Assembly: GCA_963772455.1 (NCBI GenBank)
Contig: CAVYXJ010000007.1
Span: 256,001 to 320,000, forward strand
Direction of reading: 5' to 3'
Source: Candidatus Bathyarchaeota archaeon
Lineage (GTDB): Archaea > Thermoproteota > Bathyarchaeia > Bathyarchaeales > Bathycorpusculaceae
DNA length: 64,000 nt
A program made the translations under genes and the position numbers. Positions within the stretch are counted from its first letter, which is position 1. Every line of letters begins with the position of its first letter. Under the pieces are notes generated by a model. The model ran no database searches and was not told the origin of the DNA. It worked only from the letters and a program-made list of their open reading frames with translations. Below, piece by piece: positions 9,129 through 18,138 of this stretch.

Positions 9129-10760
9129 ATTCCAAATTTCTTGTCCTTATTGCTCTGTTAACTTTTACAATGGCGTTTTCAGCTGCAAGCAACGTCAACG
9201 CTCAAAACTTGGTTTACAGCGTAGACCATGAGTGGGCGCAAATCTTCATCAACCAAGACGGCACAATCGACGTAACCTACAACATCTCCGTAACCGTCAC
9301 TCAGGGAAGTATGGGTGGATTCTATGTTGGACAACCAAACCGCGACTTTAGCATTGGCGAAGCTAGAGACCAAAACGGCAACTCACTCACAGTGAATGAT
9401 GCTAGCAGTGGTGGAGACTACAGAGTAGACGTTCTCTTTAATCCACGCATACAATCGGGACAATCCATCTGGTTCCAAGTTACAACCAACGTTGCAGGAA
9501 TGATTAGCAACGACACTCAGAACCCTGGCAACTATGGCATGCAATTCATTCCCCAGTGGATATCCGATGTATCAATCAACGATGTTAGAGTGCAGATTGT
9601 TCTACCTCCAGGTGTCTCAACAGGCGATGTGAAGACAACTGAGAACTTCTACAACGGAACCTCAACTGTGAATAGCCAGTTGGCGGTTTATTGGGAAAAA
9701 CCAAGTATTCAGCCAAATGAACAGTTTAAGGTGGGTCGTATCTTTTCCATCCAGTTTTATGCCTAACTATGTTCCCAGCCAATCAGGCGGTGGAGGACTT
9801 GACTTTGGTGCTTTCGCCTCCATAATTGGAGTTTTGGGGTTCTTTTTTGCGATAGTCTTCTTGTTTTTAGTGATTAGAGCAGTTCGCAAAATCTCCTATA
9901 CAACGCCAAAGGTAGGTATGGAAACATTGGGTATAAAACGAGGTTTAACGGCTGTTGAAGCATCTTACCTAATGGATTTGAAGCCACCCCAAATAGTTAC
10001 AGAAATCCTCTATAGTCTGCTGCAGAAGCGAGCTGTTTGGGCGCAAGAAACCAAACCCTCACTTAGACTAAAAGTGTTGCCACCTTTTGAAAACAAAACA
10101 GGTCCAAAGGAATCCCCCTTGCGCTTTTATGAGATTGATTTCTTGAATTCCTTAAAAGTGGATGGTTCACTTGATGAAGAAAAACTTGCTCACATGATCA
10201 TGTTCCTAAGAGATACGGTTGAGCAGAAACTGCAAGGTTATAGTCGAAAAGACACGGTTGACTATTACCGAAAAATCGCCTCTCAAGCCTGGGCTCAAGT
10301 AGAGCAAGCCGGAACGGTCGAGTTGGCAGCGAATGCTTATGATGAGCAACTACTTTGGTTGCTACTTGACCCCAACCAACGGACAAGAACAGAAACCGTG
10401 TTTAGAGACAGAGTCATCCAGCCAAATCCCCTCTGGTTCTGGTGGTGGTACGGTTATACTACATACCATCCCCACCCCACTTATTCTCCAAACGTTAATG
10501 TTCCTTCGCAATCAGGTCCACCGCCACAGATTCCTGGAGCAGACTTTGCCAATAACATCGCCACCGCCGTAGAAGGCACATCGAACAACATAGTTGTTAA
10601 TCTAGAAAAATTCGCGAACGCCATCGTTCCGCCGCCGCCAAAAGTTTCCCATGAACCAGCACATAAAGGAGCGGATTGTGTTTGCGCTTGTCATGCATGT
10701 GCCTGCGCTTGCGCTTGCGTTTCATGCGCTTGTGCTTGTGCAGGTGGAGGAGGGCACTAA
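9122..10760 (+). pseudogene. Single-pass membrane protein (DUF2207-like ectodomain) with a C-terminal Cys-rich (CA)n tail; one gene split by a 1-nt frameshift near 9734-9737 (mutation or assembly error)
   Basis: ORF 9122-9766 (signal peptide plus beta-rich domain) and ORF 9717-10760 join as EQFKVG/VSFP if one base is removed, giving 545 aa ending CVCACHACACACACVSCACACAGGGGH. Confidence 0.7.
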
Positions 10761-12107
10761 ATGAGTTTCTTAAAGAAAGTTTTAGGCAAACAGAAGGTTC
10801 CGTCTGGACGTTACACCTACCGTGGAGAAGATAAGTTTGCAGGAATGTCTCTTCAGCTTCGAATTGAACAAAGCGGAAGAGGAGTCATGGTAATCAACGC
10901 TAATACAGTCCTGCACCTGAACCATACAGCAACTTCGTTTGCTTATTATTTCATGCAGGGTTTACCCGAAAAAGAAGTTTTGACTAAAATTCGCCGAATG
11001 TACAAAGTGAACGCTAAGACAGCTAAAGCTGATTACGAAAAGCTGGTCTACAAAATTAGTACACTCGCTCAAACCGAAAAAATCGACCCAGTCTCTTACC
11101 TCGAGATTGAGAAGGAAGAACCGTTCTCTTATCAGTATTCAGCCCCTTTGCGAATGGATTTAGCTTTAACGTTCAGGTGTCAAAATGATTGCGTTCACTG
11201 TTATGCGGGAGGACCACACGAAACACCAGAACTAACGACTGCGCAATGGAGAAGTGTTATTGATAAACTCAGCGAAATCGGCGTTTTCATACTAACTTTC
11301 ACCGGTGGTGAACCCACAATGCGAGATGATTTGCCTGAATTGTTACTTTATGCTCAAAACAAAGGTTTGGTTACTGGATTAATAAGCAATGGGCGAAAGC
11401 TCAAGGATAGAGCATATGTTAATGAGTTGGAGAAGTCAGGCTTAGATTTTGTTCAGGTAACTTTAGAGTCTCACAAACCGCAAGTCCATGATTCAATGAC
11501 ATGCCAGAAAGGGAGTTGGAAAGAAACCGTTGCTGGAATCCAAAATGCGGTTCAATCACAAATTTACGTTTCTACCAACACTACTCTGAGCAAAGTCAAT
11601 GAAGCTGACTTCCTTACTACAATCGATTACATCAAAGGACTTGGCGTAAATGCGTTTGGCTGCAATAGCCTCATCTATTCTGGCAAAGCACCCTCAGCAA
11701 GTGAAGAATTCGCATTAACATCAGAAGACTTGAACACTCTCTTGCCCAAAATACGAGATAAAGCTCAAATGATTGGACTCAAATTCCTTTGGTATACACC
11801 AACTCAGTACTGTCAATTTGACCCTGTTCAATTAGGATTAGGTGTAAAAACTTGCACTGCTGCAATGATAAACGCTTGCGTTGGACCCAACGGCGATGTT
11901 TACCCATGTCAAAGCTACTTTGAAAGCCTCGGAAACATCCTAACTGAACCATGGGACAAGATTTGGCACAACTCTTTGGCGGAAAAAATTCGTAAAAGAG
12001 AATACGTAGAAGAAAAATGCAAAGATTGCGAACAGTTACAGGTTTGCGGCGGAGGATGCCCTTTGGAACTGCAAAACAAAGAACACCAATGTGCGGTGAC
12101 AGGATAA
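10761..12107 (+). CDS. Radical SAM/SPASM-domain protein with an N-terminal PqqD/RRE-like domain (PqqE-like peptide maturase)
   Basis: CQNDCVHC (CxxxCxxC), TGGEP, SPASM C..GPNGDVYPC..CKDC..CGGGC, N-terminal LNHTA...helical RRE-like segment. Confidence 0.9.
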   Translation: MSFLKKVLGKQKVPSGRYTYRGEDKFAGMSLQLRIEQSGRGVMVINANTVLHLNHTATSFAYYFMQGLPEKEVLTKIRRMYKVNAKTAKADYEKLVYKISTLAQTEKIDPVSYLEIEKEEPFSYQYSAPLRMDLALTFRCQNDCVHCYAGGPHETPELTTAQWRSVIDKLSEIGVFILTFTGGEPTMRDDLPELLLYAQNKGLVTGLISNGRKLKDRAYVNELEKSGLDFVQVTLESHKPQVHDSMTCQKGSWKETVAGIQNAVQSQIYVSTNTTLSKVNEADFLTTIDYIKGLGVNAFGCNSLIYSGKAPSASEEFALTSEDLNTLLPKIRDKAQMIGLKFLWYTPTQYCQFDPVQLGLGVKTCTAAMINACVGPNGDVYPCQSYFESLGNILTEPWDKIWHNSLAEKIRKREYVEEKCKDCEQLQVCGGGCPLELQNKEHQCAVTG

Positions 12108-12172
12108 TTTTATCTTTAGCAATCAACCGATTCTATATAGCAGATAGCGCTAAATCGCGAGTTTAGATACAA

Positions 12173-13417
12173 ATGGCTCAAACGCAAAAACCCAAGTTTG
12201 TAGTCTTCGACGTTGAAGGAGTTCTTATTCCAAAGAACCGCTTCATTTTTGAAGTGGGAAAAACCTTAGGGTTCGCTACACTGGTAAAGATGCTTTTTTT
12301 CGGTTTTCTCTACGAAGCAGGAATTTTAAAGTTAGAATCAGCATTAAAACATGTTTTCAGTAATATGAAAGGAGTTGAACTTGCAACTCTTCAGTGCATC
12401 TTTGACAAAATTCCTGCTACGCCACTTTTGCAAGGCATTTTTAGTCAACTAAAAACTAGGAATTGCAGGATTGCTCTGATAAGTTCAGGATTGCCAACGG
12501 TTGTCGTTAAAAAGTTTGCAGACTGCTTGGGTGCAGAATACGCCTTTGGCATCGATGTTGAAACCCAAGACGAAAAGTTGACGGGTCAAATAAGTGGTGA
12601 CGCCATTAAACCTGAAGGAAAAATGAAAATTTTATCTAAAATTTTAATTGCCGAAAACTTAGAGCTGAAGGATTGTGTGGTAGTGGCTGATGACCGGAAT
12701 AACCGTTGCATTTTTGCTCCTGAAGTCTTAAAAATTGGTTTTAACGCTGATTTTGTTATCCGAGTAAAAGCTGATAGAGTAATTAACGGTAAACTTTCAG
12801 GCATTATACCAGTCATTGACGGGAAAAAACATAAGGGTTCTTTTCCTTCGATTAACGATTTAGTAAGAGAAGACATTCACGCTGCAGGGTTTTTTATGCC
12901 TGTAATCGCTGGACTAATTACTGTTCCCGTAGTTGCAACCATAATCATTCTTATCGCCATTCTCTACACAATTTCTGAACTTAGACGTTTAGATGGACGC
13001 GAACTACGCTTCGTTTCAGCAATTACCCGCCATGCAGCATCCGAGTCTGAACTTTACGGTTTTGCTGCGGCACCTCTCTATTTTGCGTTTGGAATAGTGG
13101 CTACTCTGCTTCTTTTCCCGTTCCATGTAGCAGGAGCCGCAATTGCTATGTTTTGTTTTGGGGATAGTGCAGCTTCGCTTTTTGGCGGGTTGATTTCCAC
13201 TTCTTTACCTTTTAACAAGGGAAAAACTTGGGAAGGATCAATGGCAGGGTTTCTTTTCGCGTTTTTAGCTGGAACGTTCTTTGTTTCACCTTGGCTGGCT
13301 TTGGTTGGGGCAGCAATTGCCATGACTATTGAGGTTTTGCCGTTGCCACTAAACGATAACGTACTAATTCCAGTAATTACAGGTGCAGCCTTAACATTGA
13401 TAACTTCATTTGTCTAA
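12173..13417 (+). CDS. Fusion of a HAD-superfamily (SerB-like) domain and a phytol/dolichol kinase (CTP-dependent) membrane domain
   Basis: N-terminal FDVEGV, ISSG, VADDRNN; C-terminal GDSAASLFG, KTWEGS, NDN with multiple TMs. Confidence 0.75.
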   Translation: MAQTQKPKFVVFDVEGVLIPKNRFIFEVGKTLGFATLVKMLFFGFLYEAGILKLESALKHVFSNMKGVELATLQCIFDKIPATPLLQGIFSQLKTRNCRIALISSGLPTVVVKKFADCLGAEYAFGIDVETQDEKLTGQISGDAIKPEGKMKILSKILIAENLELKDCVVVADDRNNRCIFAPEVLKIGFNADFVIRVKADRVINGKLSGIIPVIDGKKHKGSFPSINDLVREDIHAAGFFMPVIAGLITVPVVATIIILIAILYTISELRRLDGRELRFVSAITRHAASESELYGFAAAPLYFAFGIVATLLLFPFHVAGAAIAMFCFGDSAASLFGGLISTSLPFNKGKTWEGSMAGFLFAFLAGTFFVSPWLALVGAAIAMTIEVLPLPLNDNVLIPVITGAALTLITSFV

Positions 13418-13686
13418 GCGAACAATTGCTTTTTCGTAATCTTTTACAAAACAGTTTTTTCCCTTTCTAACTACAATGTGACCTTCTTGTTCCAACAAGA
13501 CTGTTTGAGCTTCTGAACCGCCGGGATATTTCTCGTTTATCAATCCTTTGACTTTTAATGTTCTCCAATAAGGAGTAATATCAATTGCCCCTATTTTCTA
13601 CTCATACCACCCTTTATTTCCTCAACTTTTGGGTAGTTTTTACTGTCGAATAATTTTTCGTGCCAGGTGGATTTCTTTTTAGGCAT
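13406..13686 (-). pseudogene. Degraded MGMT/ATL-like alkylated-DNA repair gene
   Basis: MPKKKSTWHEKL...MSRK* followed in another frame by DITPYWRTLK..INEKYPGG..Q..LLEQEGH; the central part appears deleted. Confidence 0.65.
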
Positions 13687-13737
13687 AACAGCACTAAAAA
13701 TTGTTAGAAATATTTTTTATTTTAACTTTCGGAGAAA

Positions 13738-13992
13738 TTATTTTTTGTCTTGGGAAACGATGAGATCCTGCTTTTGTCGGTGACTCAACTTTTTTATGGC
13801 TTTTTCTCTCTTCATGGCGCTGCCTCTTGACCCGAAGACTTCTACGTAGGCTACTTTTTGGGGTGGATGCGATTTGGTGTATTTGGCGCCTTTTCCATTT
13901 TCATGTTGTCGTGTCCTTTGCTGCAAGTCATTTGTATATCCAGTGTAGAAGCTTCCATCCATACAAAGTAGTATGTAAACATAAAACGACAT
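13738..13992 (-). CDS. GIY-YIG nuclease (UPF0213/YhbQ-like)
   Basis: YVYIL..DGSFYTGYT..R..H..GAKYT..A.KRE..IK. Confidence 0.9.
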   Translation of the reverse strand: MSFYVYILLCMDGSFYTGYTNDLQQRTRQHENGKGAKYTKSHPPQKVAYVEVFGSRGSAMKREKAIKKLSHRQKQDLIVSQDKK

Positions 13993-14001
13993 TTCGACTG
14001 A

Positions 14002-14676
14002 TTACTCCTCAGTCTGCATTATGTAATCGGGAACTATTCCCTTCTGAATTGCCCTTTTGAGGTAGGCTTCTGGATCAATCTCTTGAACTTTTGCTCGGTC
14101 GACATCAATGATGTATATTTCTTGAATTCGGGCGTTGCGTATTTCTTCAAGTGTTACGGGGGGCTTTTGGTAAAAAGAATCGCAGAGGTTTTTTATCTGT
14201 TCAATTTCCTGTTCTGAGCGATTTCTTGGTGGTTTTGCCAGGGTTCGTGGGAAAGGCAATATGTAGTGTGGTGGAACTCCCAGTGCGAATTTTCCTGCAA
14301 AGCTGCTGTACCGGATAATTTTGCTCGCTAACCTCGCGGTTGTATATGTTAAGGGTGCCAAAGCATTTTCGGGTGGGATAAAGCCGGTTTCTATTTCAAC
14401 AACTTGGTTTCCTAAACCCTTTATGCCGTATAAGTCGCAGGTTAAGGATGAATTAAGTGGATATTCGATTTGGACTTCGTAGCCTTTTTGAATAAGGTAC
14501 TTGGCACAAACCAACTCCATAACGGAATGGTTTATTTTGACAACGTTTTCTTTATGAAGCTTAATCAGCCAGTCTTTTAGCATGTCAAGTTTGTTTTCAA
14601 CTTCTGGAGCAACATCAACTGTTAACCTAGATAAAAGAAAGGTTAAGTCACGTTCGAATTTTTCTCTATTACTCAT
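14002..14676 (-). CDS. Hypothetical protein, possible PD-(D/E)xK fold
   Basis: VQIEY...CDLY...VEIETG pattern. Confidence 0.6.
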   Translation of the reverse strand: MSNREKFERDLTFLLSRLTVDVAPEVENKLDMLKDWLIKLHKENVVKINHSVMELVCAKYLIQKGYEVQIEYPLNSSLTCDLYGIKGLGNQVVEIETGFIPPENALAPLTYTTARLASKIIRYSSFAGKFALGVPPHYILPFPRTLAKPPRNRSEQEIEQIKNLCDSFYQKPPVTLEEIRNARIQEIYIIDVDRAKVQEIDPEAYLKRAIQKGIVPDYIMQTEE

Positions 14677-14777
14677 CCACGTTTCCTGCCAAATTTGCAG
14701 CTAACAAACTTGCCATGTCTTACTAGTTGAATTTGGTATATAAACCAAAAAAGAAAATTCAGAACATGTCCTCAGTT

Positions 14778-14963
14778 TTACTGCTTTGAAGAAACAAGAA
14801 CAAGTCTTGCTAAATTCACGTCAACTTCAACAATTTTGCAACCTTGGAACTCTTTGGCTTCTCCCAGAATGTTTTTAACAATTACGTTGTCGCCTTCTGC
14901 TTTTGCATAAATTACGTCTTTTAATTGGATTTTGCCGTTTAAGATTACGTTAAATTCACACAT
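14778..14963 (-). CDS. CooT-family nickel-binding protein
   Basis: N-terminal MCE, DV.....G, ILGE and VEVD pattern; 61 aa. Confidence 0.75.
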   Translation of the reverse strand: MCEFNVILNGKIQLKDVIYAKAEGDNVIVKNILGEAKEFQGCKIVEVDVNLARLVLVSSKQ

Positions 14964-15092
14964 TTTTCTTCACATTAGGAAAAATGGGTTTCTGGGTTAT
15001 AAGGGCTTTGAGCGATACAAAATATTTGGAGCTAATAGAGGTTATTTGCAGAAACCTATAAGTCATGTAGTAAATCGATTTTCTTGGCGAAC

Positions 15093-15515
15093 TTAAAAAA
15101 TAGCTTTTATCGGAGTTGAGGCAAAATGTTTATCGTTTGAAATTATCCTTTGAGCACCTGTCCTCGTAGCTACTGATAGGTGGAGAGCATCTTCATAGTC
15201 CAGCTTGTAATTACTCATTAAGTCTATGGCGAAGGTGAAGTCTTTTTGTTCGAGAGGTTCAATTGTTAAACCTTTGATTTGTGTGATGGTTTTAATGACT
15301 TCCTCAGTAAAGGTTTTGTCTTTCAAATTTTTTCCTGTGAGACCCGCTATTATTATGAGAATTTCATAAAGGGATATGCTCGAGGTTAAGTATTCTCCTC
15401 GCTGAGAGTTTTCTATTTTTTTGATCCACTCATGCGAGGTTTTCCCAAATTTTGGGTGATTAGCAAGCCAATACACAAAAACATTGACGTCTATGTATCG
15501 TTTTTCTTGCGCCAT
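15093..15515 (-). CDS. vapC: PIN-domain (VapC) toxin
   Basis: YIDVNVF, LYE, DYEDALH, SNDKHF. Confidence 0.88.
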   Translation of the reverse strand: MAQEKRYIDVNVFVYWLANHPKFGKTSHEWIKKIENSQRGEYLTSSISLYEILIIIAGLTGKNLKDKTFTEEVIKTITQIKGLTIEPLEQKDFTFAIDLMSNYKLDYEDALHLSVATRTGAQRIISNDKHFASTPIKAIF

Positions 15516-15742
15516 GCTTCTTTTACCTCCACTACGAATTCATCGAGGTCTTCAGGCCATTGGGAAACTTTGAAGATTCCGAAATATTTGTCAGCAACAT
15601 GCTCAATTGGTTCAATTATGAGCGTTTTTCCTTTTGCCCTAATGTTTAGGTAGCTGCCTTCCTTTAGCTGGGCGGCTTTTCTTATTTGCTTAGGAATGAT
15701 TATCCTGCCTTTTGCATCGATTTTCACTGTGGTCTCGCTCAT
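15491..15742 (-). CDS. AbrB/MazE/SpoVT-family antitoxin
   Basis: IDAKGRIIIPKQIRK; overlaps vapC. Confidence 0.88.
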   Translation of the reverse strand: MSETTVKIDAKGRIIIPKQIRKAAQLKEGSYLNIRAKGKTLIIEPIEHVADKYFGIFKVSQWPEDLDEFVVEVKEAWRKKNDT

Positions 15743-15801
15743 TTTTTTCCCACTAAAATAATCAGTCCCACATCCTTAAGTATTTTATGCAAATCTTGAT
15801 G

Positions 15802-16572
15802 TTAGGCACTTATTTTTGGCGGTGGACGAACCCGTTTTCTGCCCAGTTTCACCCTCAAGGCAATACGGTACAGTTTGCGTAATGATTTTACAAGTTGTTC
15901 AAGACTTGGAGCGGTCGAATAAATGAGTGGAATCTGCTCGTACTCGGCTATCCTTATGGCTTCTTCGTCCGGTACTGTCTTATGGAAAACGATGACTCGG
16001 GGTTTTAGGCTGCTGACACGAACAATCATCATGGGCAAGCACCCAATCTCTACGTTCGTAAAAATCAATGCCCGATCTGTTGAAGCACCAAAAAGCTGCG
16101 CATAGTCCGAGCCCGAGTAAGCTTCAACTGCTTTTTTACTATCAATTACTGTGTAGCCGTTGACTTCTTTAACAAATTTTTCTTTGCAAGCCACAACTTC
16201 GCCGCTAATAGCTTTGCATAAATATTCAACTCTGACGGGGATTGGGAACTCTCGAAGATCCACAACGGCCATGCTTGGTGAACTTGTTAGTTTAGCGAAT
16301 TCACGGATGAAACGGCTTCCTTTTCCTTCATCAATATGTAGGAGCGAGAGAACGAATTTTCGAATGAATTTTGCGCCAGGGCTTTGTCGTCTGCCACTTT
16401 CATAGTCACTGATAACTGAAGAGGACAGCCCCATTGTTTCGGAAAGGCTAATTTGTGAGACAGCAAAAAGTTCTCGCCATTTACGCATAGTTGAGCCAGG
16501 TTTGCTTGAAAAGATTATTTCTCCTGCAATTCTTCTCGCTAAAACCTCTCTCAACCCAGGCGATACGGACAC
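15802..16572 (-). CDS. Archaeal XRE-HTH transcriptional regulator (COG1709-like)
   Basis: IAGEI...MRKWRELF..SQ..SVISDYESGRR.SPG; RALIFTNV. Confidence 0.82.
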   Translation of the reverse strand: MSVSPGLREVLARRIAGEIIFSSKPGSTMRKWRELFAVSQISLSETMGLSSSVISDYESGRRQSPGAKFIRKFVLSLLHIDEGKGSRFIREFAKLTSSPSMAVVDLREFPIPVRVEYLCKAISGEVVACKEKFVKEVNGYTVIDSKKAVEAYSGSDYAQLFGASTDRALIFTNVEIGCLPMMIVRVSSLKPRVIVFHKTVPDEEAIRIAEYEQIPLIYSTAPSLEQLVKSLRKLYRIALRVKLGRKRVRPPPKISA

Positions 16573-16850
16573 GAAATAATTCTCCTTGCTTGCACTCTTT
16601 CCTTCAAAGTTGGGGTATAAAACTATAGCGTTTTTCAGAAGATGTTACGAAATAACCAAAAATTCAGGCAATTTAACTTTTGAAGCATGTGAAGATGCAA
16701 TTAACTTTGCAATTTTCGTTTATTCAGAGGTCAAACTGCAGAATTTGGTTTATTAGGAAGTTTAGAGTTACTATGAGCTACCGTCTTTTGTCTGAAAAGG
16801 CAAAAAACGAAAATCGCTAAAAAACAACATAAAAAGGAGTGTGATATGAA

Positions 16851-17141
16851 ATGACAGAAAAAGCAAATGACGTAATATTCGTCGGAAATAAACCACCAAT
16901 GAGCTATGTACTCGCCATTATAACAGCATTCTCTTCAGGCATAGGCAAAGAAATTACCCTAAAAGCCCGAGGACAAGCAATCACCACAGCAGTTGACGTT
17001 GCAGAAATCACAAGAAGCCGCTTCATAAAAGACCTTAAAGTGACAAAAATTGCAATCGGTACCGCTGAGATGCCACCACGCGAAGGCGAAACAAGGTCCA
17101 GGATGGTTTCAACCATAGAAATTACTCTTACCAAAGAGTAG
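16851..17141 (+). CDS. albA: DNA/RNA-binding protein Alba
   Basis: FVGNKPPMSYVLA, LKARGQAITTAVDVAE, VSTIEI. Confidence 0.95.
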   Translation: MTEKANDVIFVGNKPPMSYVLAIITAFSSGIGKEITLKARGQAITTAVDVAEITRSRFIKDLKVTKIAIGTAEMPPREGETRSRMVSTIEITLTKE

Positions 17142-17190
17142 TCAACTAGGACAACAATTAAACCTGGGAGTTTTTTAAGCTCCAATCTTT

Positions 17191-18060
17191 TTACTTTTGT
17201 TCATTCTTGATGTATTCATCAACTTTTTTTACGATTTCCATGAATGATTTTGCTGCAGCTGAATCCTTGTGCGACAAGACAAAAGGCGTTCCCTTATCAG
17301 AATCCACACCTACCTCGGGATCAATCGGGATGCTGCCTAGAAATGTTACGTTCATTTCTTGAGCCATCTTTTTGCCGCCTCCTGATTGGAAAATCTCCGT
17401 TTTTACCCCGCAATGAGGACAGATAAATCCACTAAAGTTTTCTACAACGCCTATAATGGGCATGTTTAATCTTTCAGCGAAAGTGATTGCTTTCTTAACG
17501 ATTGAGCTTGAAAGGTCTGAAGGCATTGTAACAATAACTACCCCATCAATGTCGGGAATAAGCTGGGCTATGCTTAACGGTTCATCACCTGTTCCAGGCG
17601 GTAAATCAATGAAAAGAAAATCTAAATTGCCCCAAACTGTGTCCGTTAGGAACTGGCGGATTGCACGCATTTTTAATGGTCCACGCCAAATGGTTGGGGC
17701 TTGTTCAGGCAAGAAGAAGTCAATCGACATTACTTTTAGTCCTAGTGGACCTTCAACAGGAATAACACCTGATAGAACAGTCTCAGCTTGTTTGCCTTCT
17801 AGACCCAAAAGTCTTGGAACGCTTGGACCATGAATATCTGCATCTAAAACGCCTACACGTTTTCCCTGCATCGCAAAAGCCGTTGCAAGGTTAACTGTGA
17901 CGGTACTCTTTCCTACTCCACCTTTACCGCTGATAATAGCGATTTTATGTTTAATTTTGCCCATTTTCTCTTTAAGGGTCGCTTGTTCGTCTGACTGTTG
18001 TCGCTTGTAAGCTTCAAGCTGAGCCATGTTTCTCTCTAAAGCCATAAAAACGTCACTCAA
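17191..18060 (-). CDS. Mrp/NBP35 Fe-S cluster carrier ATPase
   Basis: SGKGGVGKST, DLPPGTGD, ENFS..CPHC. Confidence 0.93.
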   Translation of the reverse strand: MSDVFMALERNMAQLEAYKRQQSDEQATLKEKMGKIKHKIAIISGKGGVGKSTVTVNLATAFAMQGKRVGVLDADIHGPSVPRLLGLEGKQAETVLSGVIPVEGPLGLKVMSIDFFLPEQAPTIWRGPLKMRAIRQFLTDTVWGNLDFLFIDLPPGTGDEPLSIAQLIPDIDGVVIVTMPSDLSSSIVKKAITFAERLNMPIIGVVENFSGFICPHCGVKTEIFQSGGGKKMAQEMNVTFLGSIPIDPEVGVDSDKGTPFVLSHKDSAAAKSFMEIVKKVDEYIKNEQK

Positions 18061-18138
18061 TGGTTGATTCTTAAGTAAACTAAAATAGGTTACGGTAGTA
18101 TCCTTAGCAGGTAAGCAAAAATTTTTCCAGGCGAGAAA

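Noticed and set aside
10677-10745. TGCGCT repeats as a microsatellite or CRISPR-like array
   Set aside because: Synonymous variation and in-frame coding explain it; there are no spacers. No CRISPR array was seen anywhere in the window.
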